Counted from the stretch's first letter, positions 38,463 through 48,583 are shown. The stretch: DNA of 64,000 bases from Bdellovibrio sp. (GCA_036677065.1 JAKFBS010000002.1:352001-416000); one strand, 5' to 3'. The notes: generated by a model not told the origin, from the sequence alone. Numbers and translations: made by a program.

Positions 38463-40555
38463 TAACGAGATGTATCCACTGGTTTGGTTGTTGTGCCGGT
38501 AGCAGGTTGCTCTGGACAATTAATTGGATTTGCAACTTGAGATCCATCCCAGCAAGTGTAATTCGCTGTTGCCGGACAATTTGCTAAATCACTGACTTGA
38601 GTTACACCATCGGCACAAATATAAAGTGTCGTTGATGTCGAAGTCGTTTCACATAAACATGAAGCCGCATTTGTCATTGACTGTCCCGGAGGGCAAGCAG
38701 GGCATCCGCATGCACCGCTTGAAAGCAATGCCTGAGGAGCTGTACAAGTCTGGCCGCACGGAGGAATTGCTCCGTTAGGACATGCATCCGCTGCAGGATT
38801 TAATTTTGGTTTTTTAACTTGAAAGAAAATTTTCCAAGCCGCATAAAGCGCCACGCCACCTAATACCCACGGAGCAATTTTTTTAACACCACTCCAAAGT
38901 TTCGAGAAGAAACCTGGTTTGTCTTTATCGTCTTTACCGCCGCCTGGTCCTTTGCATTCACCGACTTTGACGCCGTCATGCTCTGAGCCTGGTCCGCAAA
39001 CTTTACCATCTGTACATTCAGGATCACATGTCCACTCACCACCCGGCGTTACAGGGTCTACAACTGGAGTAGTTCCTGACACTGGAGGAGTTGGAGGCTG
39101 TGGAGTTACAGCACACGCAGAACCTGGGTTAACCGCCGGGCCTGACGGACAAGCACAAGTTAATGTAGCTTCATCAACTTTACCGCCATCTTTACAGCCT
39201 GGATTTTTTTCTAAGTAAGCGGCTACGAATAAGAAACGTTTATGTAACTGGTCACAAGCGCCCCAGAATTCGCGGTCATACTGAGTTTCAGCTGCTGCCG
39301 CCGCACAATCATTACGGGCCGCAGTGATTGTTGAATCAAATTGTGATTGGATTTCTTGAAGTTTTGCTAAAAGTTCAGCTGTGATATTTCCTTTTTGAAA
39401 AGCATCGCGCATTTCAGGTGATCCATTTAACATACTGTCTAAGTATTTTTTTGTGTTCGCAATTGCTGCAGGATCTTGTAAAGCTTTTGCTTTATTAGCT
39501 TCTAAAATTCCTTGGTAGCGACTTGCGTCTTTTGCAGCTGCTGCTGCAGGTAGTGGAAGTTCTACTGAAGTTAAAGGCATTTTAGCATCACAACCTTTGT
39601 TGTAATGTGTTGCGGTTTGTAATTCTGATGAATTACTCAAGCAAAATTGTTTACCTGAACCATCAAATCCATAAATTGTCGGATTACATGGAAAATTACA
39701 ACCCGCTACTTTTGCACCAGCTGGGTATTGACAACGTTTACCAGCCCCGTAAGAACCGATATAACCGGCCACAACACACTTCGTGTCGGCAGCCTGCGCC
39801 TCATCAAGCATGGCAAAAAAGTTGTTCCATTTGTCTAAAGATGAAGTCTTTTTACCTTTTTTACCAACTGTTTTTGCATCAAGAACGTCTTGTGCACCAG
39901 ACCAAAGCATTCTCATGTTCATCATAAACTGAGCACGTTGAATCGGCGTCATTTTTTTCCAAAGATCTTTTGTGATTTTTGGCAAACCTGAAAACTTAGC
40001 CGGTGGAATAACTTTCTTCACCGCTACGGTTTTTTTCATAGTCTTAGGAGACGTTAAAGCATCGCCATAACCTTTTCTATGTGAAGCATCACCAAAATAA
40101 AGTTTGGCAAACATATCATCAAAATTGGCGATATCTTCTTCAGTTAAATTTGTGTTATCAAATTTAACAAATTTTTCGGGCTCACCTAAGAATTGAATGT
40201 TACTTAATTGATCTTTACCACTGATTCTCATGGTGGCGATAGTTTCGCCTTTTGAGTTTTTACTAGAACCCACAATAAATTGCGGCATTGGTTCATCTTT
40301 GAAACGAACCAATAACTGCTCAACCATTTTTTGAACACGTGGTGGATAATATTCTTTATTCTTTTTATAGAATTCACCAAACGTCATTGATTTATTTAAC
40401 CCAAGCTGTTGAACAATTTGTTCAAGCTGAGCTTTTGACATTTGTTCCTGATTGGCTTGCGCTTGTTTACCAAAAGCCACCGGTGAGAACACCATTGTGG
40501 CTAAAGATGCTGTTACTAACAAACCATTCAATTTTTTTAAAATCATGTTCATCAT
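38462..40555 (-). CDS. Cys-rich secreted/membrane-anchored protein, paralog 2
   Basis: Signal peptide, conserved Cys-rich core, TM helix, C-terminal Cys repeats. Confidence 0.8.
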   Translation of the reverse strand: MMNMILKKLNGLLVTASLATMVFSPVAFGKQAQANQEQMSKAQLEQIVQQLGLNKSMTFGEFYKKNKEYYPPRVQKMVEQLLVRFKDEPMPQFIVGSSKNSKGETIATMRISGKDQLSNIQFLGEPEKFVKFDNTNLTEEDIANFDDMFAKLYFGDASHRKGYGDALTSPKTMKKTVAVKKVIPPAKFSGLPKITKDLWKKMTPIQRAQFMMNMRMLWSGAQDVLDAKTVGKKGKKTSSLDKWNNFFAMLDEAQAADTKCVVAGYIGSYGAGKRCQYPAGAKVAGCNFPCNPTIYGFDGSGKQFCLSNSSELQTATHYNKGCDAKMPLTSVELPLPAAAAAKDASRYQGILEANKAKALQDPAAIANTKKYLDSMLNGSPEMRDAFQKGNITAELLAKLQEIQSQFDSTITAARNDCAAAAAETQYDREFWGACDQLHKRFLFVAAYLEKNPGCKDGGKVDEATLTCACPSGPAVNPGSACAVTPQPPTPPVSGTTPVVDPVTPGGEWTCDPECTDGKVCGPGSEHDGVKVGECKGPGGGKDDKDKPGFFSKLWSGVKKIAPWVLGGVALYAAWKIFFQVKKPKLNPAADACPNGAIPPCGQTCTAPQALLSSGACGCPACPPGQSMTNAASCLCETTSTSTTLYICADGVTQVSDLANCPATANYTCWDGSQVANPINCPEQPATGTTTKPVDTSR

Positions 40556-40573
40556 AAATTATCCTCTAATATT

Positions 40574-42670
40574 CTAGTTTGCTGTTGGCACGCCGCCGTT
40601 ACAATCGCCATCTGGACAATTGTTACCAGTTCCACCTTCAGATACCGGAGGGCAAGTTGCTGGTGGGTAAACTGAAGTTCCATTTTGACAAATTGTCGGT
40701 GCCGGACAAGTTGACGGGCCCGGTGGCGTGTAGAATGGAGTTACGCCATCCGCACACACACCTTGCTGAACAACTGTGTCACACTGACAAGTACTTAAGT
40801 TATAAACCTGTTGGCCCGGCGTACACGCATTCGCAGACGGACACGCACAAGCTCCATTTTCTAAAACTTTTGGAGCCAGACAAATTGGCGGCTGAACAAC
40901 CGGATCACAAGCGCATGTCGTTGGATTTTGCGCCGTATTTACCGGACAAGTCGTCTGACAACCTTGCGGAGGAGGAGGCACGACTGGTTTATCTTTTTTC
41001 TTTTTCTTAAATAAGAAATACAATAACGCAGCTCCGCCGATAATACCGGCACCGATTAACCATGGTTTCCAGTTAAAGCCAGATCCGCATTTTTTATCTT
41101 CACCTTTTGGTTCTTTACCGTCTTCACAAATGCAAGAGCCTTCTTTTTCGATGGTTTCGCCTGTACATTTTAATTCAGTCGCAACTTCCGTAGTTCCGCT
41201 GCCTGACTCAGTAACTTCTGTTACAGGAGCAACAACAGCCGCGCATTGCGCACCCGGAACCGCTTCGCCGCCACCATCACAAGGACATTTAAGCGTCTCT
41301 GGATTTACAGATTTATTTTCAGGACAACCTGGTTTTTTCGTTAACACTTCAGCAACGAATAAGAAACGTTTGTGTAATTGATCACACGCGCCCCAGAAGT
41401 TTTTATCGTATTGATCTTTTTCAACAGCTGCCGAGGCACAATCTGCACGAGCTGCTGAGATTGTCGAGTCAAACTGTGATTGAATTTCTTGAAGTTTTTT
41501 TAATAAATCTTCAGTGATGTTTCCACTTTCAAAAGCATTTTTCATATCTGGAGTACCTGAAAGCATACTTGCTAGATATTTTCTTGTGTTTTCAATGACC
41601 GCCGGGTCTTTTAAAGCTTCAGCTTTATTTTCTTCTAAGATTCCTTGGTAACGGCTAGCATCTTTTTTAGCAGAAGCTAACTTTGGTAAAGACAACTCAA
41701 CAGCCGTTAAAGGCATTTTAGCGTCACAACCTTTATTGTAGTGAGTCGCTGTTTGTAATTCAGCTTCATTAGTTAAACAGAATTGTTTACCACCATCGCC
41801 AAAACCATAAATCGTCGGATTACACGGGAAATTACAACCTGTTGATTTTGCGCCTGTTGGGTATTTACATTTTTTATCTGCTCCGTAAGTACCGATGTAA
41901 CCTGCAACCACACACTTCGTACCGACAGCAAAAGCTTCTGCTTCACCATTTAACATAGCAAAAAACATATTCCATTTTTCTAAAGATGAAGTTTTTTTGC
42001 CTTTTTGCGGAATTGCTTTCTTAGTATTGGTCTCTTTTGCATTTAACACATCTTCTGCGCCTGAATGAAGAAGTCGCAAGCCAATCATAAATTGAGCCCG
42101 TTGCGTAGAAGTCATTTTTTTCCACATTTCACGCGTAATTTTTGGCGTGCCTGTGAAGGTGCTCTTCGAAGCTTTAATTACATTCTTATCGTGTTCTTTT
42201 TTGATTTTGATATCTGAAGCCATAAGACGCTTCATTGCCGGTGTAATTAACATCACATCGTTTTCAGTCAGAACCACGTTGTTAAATTTGGCAAATTTTG
42301 CTTTTTCGCCAAAGATCTGTAAGTTATATGATTTACCTTTTTCACTGATGGTCATAGTCGGGATTTTTTCACCCGTAGAGCTCACAGATTCTTTTAAAGT
42401 AAACTCAGGCATTAACTCATTCGGTGAACTCATTAGATAACGTTCAACATCGTTATAAACCTGACCAGAATACAAATGTTTGGTTTTATTCCAAAACTCT
42501 TTATATGTGATGCGCTTATTTAATTGCGTCTCAGACATGAAAGCTTCGATTTGTTTTTTTAATGTTTCTTGCGATTCAATCCCCAGAGCAACTGGTGAAA
42601 AAATCATAGTTAGAACTGAGCCTGTTGCAGCCAGCAGTCTAATAACATTTCTCATAAATCTTGAGTTCAT
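40574..42670 (-). CDS. Cys-rich secreted/membrane-anchored protein, paralog 1
   Basis: AGGAG RBS before MNSR at 42670; same architecture and shared core with the downstream gene. Confidence 0.8.
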   Translation of the reverse strand: MNSRFMRNVIRLLAATGSVLTMIFSPVALGIESQETLKKQIEAFMSETQLNKRITYKEFWNKTKHLYSGQVYNDVERYLMSSPNELMPEFTLKESVSSTGEKIPTMTISEKGKSYNLQIFGEKAKFAKFNNVVLTENDVMLITPAMKRLMASDIKIKKEHDKNVIKASKSTFTGTPKITREMWKKMTSTQRAQFMIGLRLLHSGAEDVLNAKETNTKKAIPQKGKKTSSLEKWNMFFAMLNGEAEAFAVGTKCVVAGYIGTYGADKKCKYPTGAKSTGCNFPCNPTIYGFGDGGKQFCLTNEAELQTATHYNKGCDAKMPLTAVELSLPKLASAKKDASRYQGILEENKAEALKDPAVIENTRKYLASMLSGTPDMKNAFESGNITEDLLKKLQEIQSQFDSTISAARADCASAAVEKDQYDKNFWGACDQLHKRFLFVAEVLTKKPGCPENKSVNPETLKCPCDGGGEAVPGAQCAAVVAPVTEVTESGSGTTEVATELKCTGETIEKEGSCICEDGKEPKGEDKKCGSGFNWKPWLIGAGIIGGAALLYFLFKKKKKDKPVVPPPPQGCQTTCPVNTAQNPTTCACDPVVQPPICLAPKVLENGACACPSANACTPGQQVYNLSTCQCDTVVQQGVCADGVTPFYTPPGPSTCPAPTICQNGTSVYPPATCPPVSEGGTGNNCPDGDCNGGVPTAN

Positions 42671-42728
42671 GACGTCTCCTGTTTTTAATCCTTGAAAGTA
42701 TCTCAAAAAAGTCCGTTTTATATTCAAT

Positions 42729-42743
42729 ACAAATACAGTCCCA
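42729..42743 (-). promoter_or_regulatory. putative sigma54 promoter
   Basis: Minus strand TGGGAC-TGTAT-TTGT. Confidence 0.4.
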
Positions 42744-42805
42744 TATCGGTGTCTCATTTTAAAAACTTAAATCATTATGTTACGATCAAAATGAGACACT
42801 TTAGG

Positions 42806-43312
42806 CTATTTTTTACGGCGTTCAGAATCGCGAACATCAGTTCGGCGATCATCACTTTGGTCTGTAGAAGTCCACTTCATACGGCGATCGATATAGGGGA
42901 ATTTAAAGTAAAATGCGATCACCAAAACGCCTAAAGTCGTTACCACCGCTAAAATCGAGAAAATCTTAAGAAAGTGGGGTTCGATCGAATTCGGGTCTGC
43001 CTGAAAAAGTCTAATGGCATTGATTCCTAAAACCAGGACTAAGGTAATAATGGCCACAGTCCAAGAAAGCTTATGCTGGATAAATAATAAAACACCTGTA
43101 AACATCAAAAGCCCAAGCCAAACCCAGTCAAATGTTGAAATGGTTTTTAATAAGGCGATAAAAATAGGTGGCTCATACCAATTTGTTAAGCCAGAACCTA
43201 AAAAGCTTATTAGGATATTTCCCAAGGGGGCCAAGATGAACATGATGGCCATGGCATAAACGCCGAGAGGTTTTTGAAGACTCGCTGTTGATTCATCCGG
43301 TGTATTATTCAT
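42806..43312 (-). CDS. hypothetical 4-TM membrane protein with Arg-rich tail
   Basis: Four hydrophobic segments; PYIDRR...DDRR...SERR C-terminus. Confidence 0.7.
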   Translation of the reverse strand: MNNTPDESTASLQKPLGVYAMAIMFILAPLGNILISFLGSGLTNWYEPPIFIALLKTISTFDWVWLGLLMFTGVLLFIQHKLSWTVAIITLVLVLGINAIRLFQADPNSIEPHFLKIFSILAVVTTLGVLVIAFYFKFPYIDRRMKWTSTDQSDDRRTDVRDSERRKK

Positions 43313-43402
43313 GCCTATAGCATAAACAGTAAGTCTATTTTTGAATACCAGAATGTTATAAAAGGTCTAGTTTCTGCAGGGGTTTTAGGCTATAAAAATC
43401 CT

Positions 43403-44437
43403 ATGCCTACACCTACTTTTCCCACTTCTTTATACAATCTTTTAGATGTCGAACTTTACGTGGTTCTTGGCATCCTTTGTTTTGGTACATTTCTATTTTA
43501 TAAATCGTTTTTAAAGCGCGCCTCGCAAGTTCGCCATCAAAACATTCAGAATCATCTAAAAGTAATCAACCGTCACTTTTTTGGTTTAACTTTCTTACTT
43601 GTTGTTTTTCTTTTATTGCGCGACCAAATTGATGCTTCGGTCTTAGTAAAAAAACTAACTCCCTACGTGGCCACGATGACCTATTTAGCTGGAGTGATCC
43701 TGTTTGTACGAGTTTGTCGTCTTAATGTATTGATGTATCTATTCTTAGGATCAATGACTGCCGGGGTTCCGTTACTGTTGGTGAATATTTTTTCTTTGAT
43801 TTTATTTGTAAGTATCAGCATTTGGTCGGCGTCGCATTTATTTGGCGTGCAAGTGGCTCCGCTATTAGCTACATCAGCGGCCCTTTCAGTCATTCTGGGT
43901 CTAGCACTGCAAGACACTTTAGGAAATTTATTTGCCGGCATTTCTTTGCAAGTTGATAAAACTTTTGAAATCGGCGATTGGCTAGAAGTTCAAAATGGTT
44001 CATGCAAAGTCGTTGGCCAAGTCAAAGAACTTACCTGGAGATCAACAATTTTAGTTGGTTGGTCAGACGAAATCATCACCCTGCCAAATAAAGTGATGGC
44101 CTCATCTCAGGTTTCAAATTTCTCACCTCCCGACACCCCGATCTTACGCCGCCAGGTTTTTCGCATCCCGCATTCACAAAACGCCTATGCCGCCAAAGAT
44201 CTTTTAGAAAGAGCCGTTTCGCAAATTGCTGATGTGCGCGCGATCCCTTCGCCGTTAGCGTTTATCTCTGAGATCAACGAAAACTGGACTGAAATTAAAG
44301 TTGCTTACTTCATTGATTCTTACGGCAGACAATTTCTAATCGGTGATAAAGTGTATGCCTTAGGCCAAGATACGCTTTTACAAAATGGTTTTAAACTAGC
44401 TCACCAGGTGTTTGAGGTAAAAAATGAAGCCCGTTAA
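43403..44437 (+). CDS. mscS: MscS family mechanosensitive channel
   Basis: GLALQDTLGNLFAG, F.IGDW, G.V.E..WRST, PN. Confidence 0.9.
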   Translation: MPTPTFPTSLYNLLDVELYVVLGILCFGTFLFYKSFLKRASQVRHQNIQNHLKVINRHFFGLTFLLVVFLLLRDQIDASVLVKKLTPYVATMTYLAGVILFVRVCRLNVLMYLFLGSMTAGVPLLLVNIFSLILFVSISIWSASHLFGVQVAPLLATSAALSVILGLALQDTLGNLFAGISLQVDKTFEIGDWLEVQNGSCKVVGQVKELTWRSTILVGWSDEIITLPNKVMASSQVSNFSPPDTPILRRQVFRIPHSQNAYAAKDLLERAVSQIADVRAIPSPLAFISEINENWTEIKVAYFIDSYGRQFLIGDKVYALGQDTLLQNGFKLAHQVFEVKNEAR

Positions 44438-45197
44438 TCGCGACCACCCGTTAGCTGTAAAAATCAGAAAACAAATCACCCAAGCGCTAAGCGATTACAA
44501 AATGATTGCCGATGGCGACAAAGTGATGGTTTGCGTATCTGGTGGTAAAGATTCATCGATTCTAACTATTTTATTAGAAGAAATCAGAAAACGCGCCGAG
44601 ATTGAATTTACATTAAGTGCTGTGCTATTAGATCAGAAACAACCTGGCTTTGACGTTGCTGCGTTTAAAACGTGGATTGAATCTGAAGGTATCGAATTTC
44701 ACATGATCGAAAAAGACACCTACTCTGTAGTAAAAGAAAAAGTAACTAATGGCGTTTACTGCTCGCTATGTTCAAAAATGCGCCGTGCGATTTTGTACGA
44801 TTATGCTCATGCGAATAAATACTCAAAAATGGCGTTAGGCCACCACCGCACTGATTTAATCGAAACCACGATGTTAAATATGTTCTACACAGGTAATGTT
44901 TCAACGATGCCCGCAAAACTTCGCTCTGATGATGGCAGAAATATCGTTCTTCGCCCGATGATGTATGTAGCAGAAACTGATTTGATTCAATTAGCAACTG
45001 ATTGGGGATTTCCCGTGATTCCTTGCAATTTATGTGGATCACAAGAAGGCATGAAACGCAAAAAAATGAAAAAACTAATCACTGAATTAGAAAAAGATAT
45101 TCCTAATTTAAGCGCTAGCTTTATCACTGCTTTACAAAATGTTAAGCCAAGCCATATGCTTGATAAGAATCTGTATAATTTCGAGGAGCTACCGTGA
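44424..45197 (+). CDS. ttcA: tRNA 2-thiocytidine(32) synthetase
   Basis: SGGKDS, CSLC, ALGHH, PCNLCGSQ. Confidence 0.95.
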   Translation: MKPVNRDHPLAVKIRKQITQALSDYKMIADGDKVMVCVSGGKDSSILTILLEEIRKRAEIEFTLSAVLLDQKQPGFDVAAFKTWIESEGIEFHMIEKDTYSVVKEKVTNGVYCSLCSKMRRAILYDYAHANKYSKMALGHHRTDLIETTMLNMFYTGNVSTMPAKLRSDDGRNIVLRPMMYVAETDLIQLATDWGFPVIPCNLCGSQEGMKRKKMKKLITELEKDIPNLSASFITALQNVKPSHMLDKNLYNFEELP

Positions 45198-46510
45198 TCG
45201 GAAAAAAGTTTTTAGATTTGAAAGAAAAAGCGTTACATAATAAATCCTTAGAGATATCAACGCGAATTGAAAACCTAAAAAAACTTTTAACTTGGATCGA
45301 AAAAAACGAAAACGAAATAAAAAAGGCGCTTAATTTAGACTTTCAAAAATCTGAATTCGAAACTCAAACTACCGAAATCGGTGTAGTAAAAACTGAAATC
45401 AAATATTTTATTAAAAATTTAAAAGCTTGGGCAAAACCTGAACGTGTAAAAACACCAATGACTTTATTTGGTCACACAAGCACAATTCATTACGAACCAA
45501 AAGGCGTAGTTTTGATTATAGCGCCGTGGAATTACCCGTTCCAGCTGACGATCAACCCTTTAATTCCAGCGCTTGCAGCCGGCAATACAGTCGTTATCAA
45601 GCCCAGCGAACTTACTCCACACACAAGCAAACTCATTCATCAAATGGCTAGCGAAGTTTTTGCAAGCGACGAAGTGATTTGCGAATTGGGTGGTAAAGAA
45701 AAAACTGAAGAGTTACTTACTTATGATTTTGATCATGTGTTTTTCACAGGCTCTACACCCGTTGGCCGCATTATCGCACAAGCCTGTGCTAAAAAACTAA
45801 TTCCCTACACGTTAGAATTAGGCGGAAAATCTCCAACGATTATTGATGAAACAGCAGACATCAACGATGCGGCCGAAAAAGTTTACTGGGGTAAGTTTTT
45901 AAACCGCGGGCAAACTTGCGTGGCGCCTGATTATATTTTAATTCATCGTTCAAAAAAAGATGAGTTTATCGAAAAATTTAAACAGCTTGAAAAAGCAAAT
46001 TCAGAAAAACCTACAGGTTTTGTAAATAACCAGCATCAAGATCGTGTAGCGAAATTGACTGGCAATAATACTGATTTTAAAGCGACAACCTGCCAACTTA
46101 TTGATTCGCCAGATTTAAATTCAGATATCATGAAAAATGAAATCTTTGGACCAATCGCTCCGATTATAGCTTTTGATACGTTAGCTGACGCTTATAAAAT
46201 CATGGCGTTAAACCCGTACCCATTAGCGCTTTATATTTTTTCAAATTCAAAGGCCAATATTGAAGATATCTTAAACAAAACTCAATCCGGCGGCGTTGCG
46301 ATTAATAACGTGATCGTGCATCTTGCAAATCACTATTTACCATTCGGGGGCATTCGCACCAGCGGTAACGGCACATATCACGGTCATTTTGGATTTTTAG
46401 AATTTTCACACAGACGTTCAGTGATTGAACAAAAGTTTTTATCTAAAACTATGCGTTTTGTTTTTCCGCCATACACAAACTTTAAAAAGAAATTAATGGA
46501 AAAGCTTTAG
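45194..46510 (+). CDS. aldehyde dehydrogenase (ALDH3/coniferyl-aldehyde type)
   Basis: PWNYP, FTGS, LELGGKSP, GQTCVAPDY, EIFGP. Confidence 0.93.
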   Translation: MIGKKFLDLKEKALHNKSLEISTRIENLKKLLTWIEKNENEIKKALNLDFQKSEFETQTTEIGVVKTEIKYFIKNLKAWAKPERVKTPMTLFGHTSTIHYEPKGVVLIIAPWNYPFQLTINPLIPALAAGNTVVIKPSELTPHTSKLIHQMASEVFASDEVICELGGKEKTEELLTYDFDHVFFTGSTPVGRIIAQACAKKLIPYTLELGGKSPTIIDETADINDAAEKVYWGKFLNRGQTCVAPDYILIHRSKKDEFIEKFKQLEKANSEKPTGFVNNQHQDRVAKLTGNNTDFKATTCQLIDSPDLNSDIMKNEIFGPIAPIIAFDTLADAYKIMALNPYPLALYIFSNSKANIEDILNKTQSGGVAINNVIVHLANHYLPFGGIRTSGNGTYHGHFGFLEFSHRRSVIEQKFLSKTMRFVFPPYTNFKKKLMEKL

Positions 46511-46911
46511 AACTTTTCTGTACGCATTTTTTTGATATCAGATTTTTTAGTTTTACTATCGAGACGTCTTCGCACCGAAGATTTAGTGGGTTTTGTTTTT
46601 ACGCGTTTTTTAGGAACATAAAGCGCTTTTTCTAAAAGGTGAGATAAATTTTCAATTGCTGTATCTTTATTTGATTTTTGATCGCGCTGTTCTTCACTGC
46701 GTACTGTGATAAACTGACCTTGCACTAAACGATGCGCTAAATTTTTAAATAAAAGTGATTTTTGCGAATCCGGAATTTTTAGTAATAAAATATTAAGCTT
46801 TGCGATCACGGCAGAGTTTGTTTTATTCACATGCTGACCGCCAGCACCTGAGGATCTGGTCATTGAAAACTCAACGGCATCAAGAATTGTTTCTAAGCTA
46901 ATTTGAGCCAT
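46507..46911 (-). CDS. arfB: alternative ribosome rescue factor B
   Basis: SSGAGGQHVNKT, basic C-terminal tail. Confidence 0.93.
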   Translation of the reverse strand: MAQISLETILDAVEFSMTRSSGAGGQHVNKTNSAVIAKLNILLLKIPDSQKSLLFKNLAHRLVQGQFITVRSEEQRDQKSNKDTAIENLSHLLEKALYVPKKRVKTKPTKSSVRRRLDSKTKKSDIKKMRTEKF

Positions 46912-46913
46912 GA

Positions 46914-47588
46914 TTATCCATGCGTATGCGGCATTAATACTTCGACCACATAAACCATTAATGAAAGAACAAGTAACATAACTCCAAATATCAATTTTTC
47001 ATTATTTTCTAACCAGTGAAGCTTAACTTTAGCTGCGCCGAAATACATAATCGTCATAAAGATCGTCATGGCAAGCAGTGTTCCGACACCTAGTACTACT
47101 GATAAAACTGCAAAACCCATCCAGCCTAGTGGCCATGCAGACACATATACGGGCAAAAAAGATTCACACGGTGAAAAAGTTAATAACGATAATAAACTTA
47201 ATATCGCCCAACCATCACTGGCCGTTTTTTTGTAATCGTGGTGATGTGGATTTGCGTCATCGCAATGCGAATGTTTATGCCCGCGAAAATGTTGAACGAT
47301 ATTATAAGCCCCGAATAAAAATACGGCCGCTGCGGCAACAAAAATAAAAATCTGTTCTGCATTTTCGCTGATTTTTACGCCAAACCAAACAAGCAAAGCT
47401 CCTAAGAGAGTCGTCGTTAAAACATGCCCAAGACCTGCGATCATTAAAATTGAGAAGGTTTTTTTATAGCTCCATTTTTGTGTACGTGATGCGAGCACAA
47501 AAGGCAGCCAGTGCGTAGGTAATGAAGCGTGTAAAACGGCTACTGTTAATCCAGTAAGGATAGCGGGTAAATACTCGAATGAAAGCAT
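46914..47588 (-). CDS. NiCoT/RcnA-like metal transporter membrane protein
   Basis: LHA.LP.HW, His-rich loop, SPCE motif. Confidence 0.65.
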   Translation of the reverse strand: MLSFEYLPAILTGLTVAVLHASLPTHWLPFVLASRTQKWSYKKTFSILMIAGLGHVLTTTLLGALLVWFGVKISENAEQIFIFVAAAAVFLFGAYNIVQHFRGHKHSHCDDANPHHHDYKKTASDGWAILSLLSLLTFSPCESFLPVYVSAWPLGWMGFAVLSVVLGVGTLLAMTIFMTIMYFGAAKVKLHWLENNEKLIFGVMLLVLSLMVYVVEVLMPHTHG

Positions 47589-47634
47589 AGGGTTAGGTGA
47601 TACCCCATGCGTAAAGCTTTACGCAAGCTGGGAC

Positions 47635-47662
47635 TTGACCTTATCATTAAAAAGGTTATTAT
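47635..47662 (+). promoter_or_regulatory. sigma70-type promoter of the tRNA gene
   Basis: TTGACC-N16-TATTAT. Confidence 0.5.
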
Positions 47663-47680
47663 TTACACGCACCAAATAAG

Positions 47681-47756
47681 GCAGACTTAGCTCAGTTGGT
47701 AGAGTACTTGCATGACATGCAAGGTGTCACAGGTTCAAGTCCTGTAGTCTGCACCA
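47681..47756 (+). tRNA. tRNA-Val(GAC)
   Basis: Cloverleaf with GCAGACT/AGTCTGC acceptor stem, CTTGC-ATGACAT-GCAAG anticodon arm, GGTTCAAGTCC T-arm, encoded CCA. Confidence 0.96.
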
Positions 47757-47767
47757 ATTTTCTTCAC

Positions 47768-48178
47768 TCACCCCAAAGTCGAAAACTCAGGAGCCTGCTC
47801 GTTAGTCGTTTGCGCGGGGAATAATTTAAGCCATTCTTTCGATGAGTCATGAAATTCAATGCGCACAGAAAAATAATCTCCTGCGATTGAATCATGCTTT
47901 TTCCACATGGCGGCTTTTTTAATTTTTTTTGCAGCCAGACGCTCTTCTTTATCTTTGATTTCTAAGAGAGCTTTACGAGCTAATTTACCGCCCACGGTAT
48001 CATAACCCCGGTTAGCGGGTTTATGTTCTAGATCGCTATCACTGATTCTTGAAAGCTCGGCAAAGGATTCACCTTGTCCGTAACTTTCGGCGCTCGCGTA
48101 GAATGTTAAAGCTTCTATCGCTATTTTTAATTGAGCTTCAAGATCCTGGATCTTGTCGACTTCGTTTTGCGGATTCAT
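47768..48178 (-). CDS. hypothetical protein (phage-like N-terminus, DUF736-like C-terminus)
   Basis: EAL.FYA...GG.LAR.AL; AMWKK....GDYFSVRI. Confidence 0.5.
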   Translation of the reverse strand: MNPQNEVDKIQDLEAQLKIAIEALTFYASAESYGQGESFAELSRISDSDLEHKPANRGYDTVGGKLARKALLEIKDKEERLAAKKIKKAAMWKKHDSIAGDYFSVRIEFHDSSKEWLKLFPAQTTNEQAPEFSTLG

Positions 48179-48424
48179 TTATGGCTTATCGACCTTAGGT
48201 TTCTTTTCCATAACGCCACGGTTTTTAATGATCAGACCATTTAAAAAATTTCTTAAAAGCTGATCGCCGCATTCTTGATAATTAGGATGATTTTCATCTC
48301 GAAAAATAGCTGACAGTTCTGATTTTGAAATTTCGTAATCAACGTTTTTTAGACATTCGATGATGTCGGTATCACGAAAAGATAAAGCCACACGCAATTT
48401 TTTGAAGATATCGTTATTTGTCAT
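48179..48424 (-). CDS. DUF1456 (YehS) family protein
   Basis: MTNNDIFKKLRVAL...CGDQ.LRNFLNGLI...RG. Confidence 0.88.
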   Translation of the reverse strand: MTNNDIFKKLRVALSFRDTDIIECLKNVDYEISKSELSAIFRDENHPNYQECGDQLLRNFLNGLIIKNRGVMEKKPKVDKP

Positions 48425-48583
48425 AGTCCTAGTCTTAAAGCGAAATACCCCTTAAAAGCAAATGAAACTCTCTCTCCTGCATCGCCGAAGCTGCCGCGAT
48501 GTAAAAATTGTGTACAGCTGGCAAACATTTCGCGCAGAAATCTACGCTCTAAGGTAGTTACCCCCTCTCGCGTAAGCTTTTAT

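Noticed and set aside
38462..42757. Long duplicated DNA segments suggesting a repeat element or a DGR template/variable pair
   Set aside because: Both copies lie within intact paralogous ORFs, differences look mostly synonymous rather than adenine-specific, and there is no reverse transcriptase in the window
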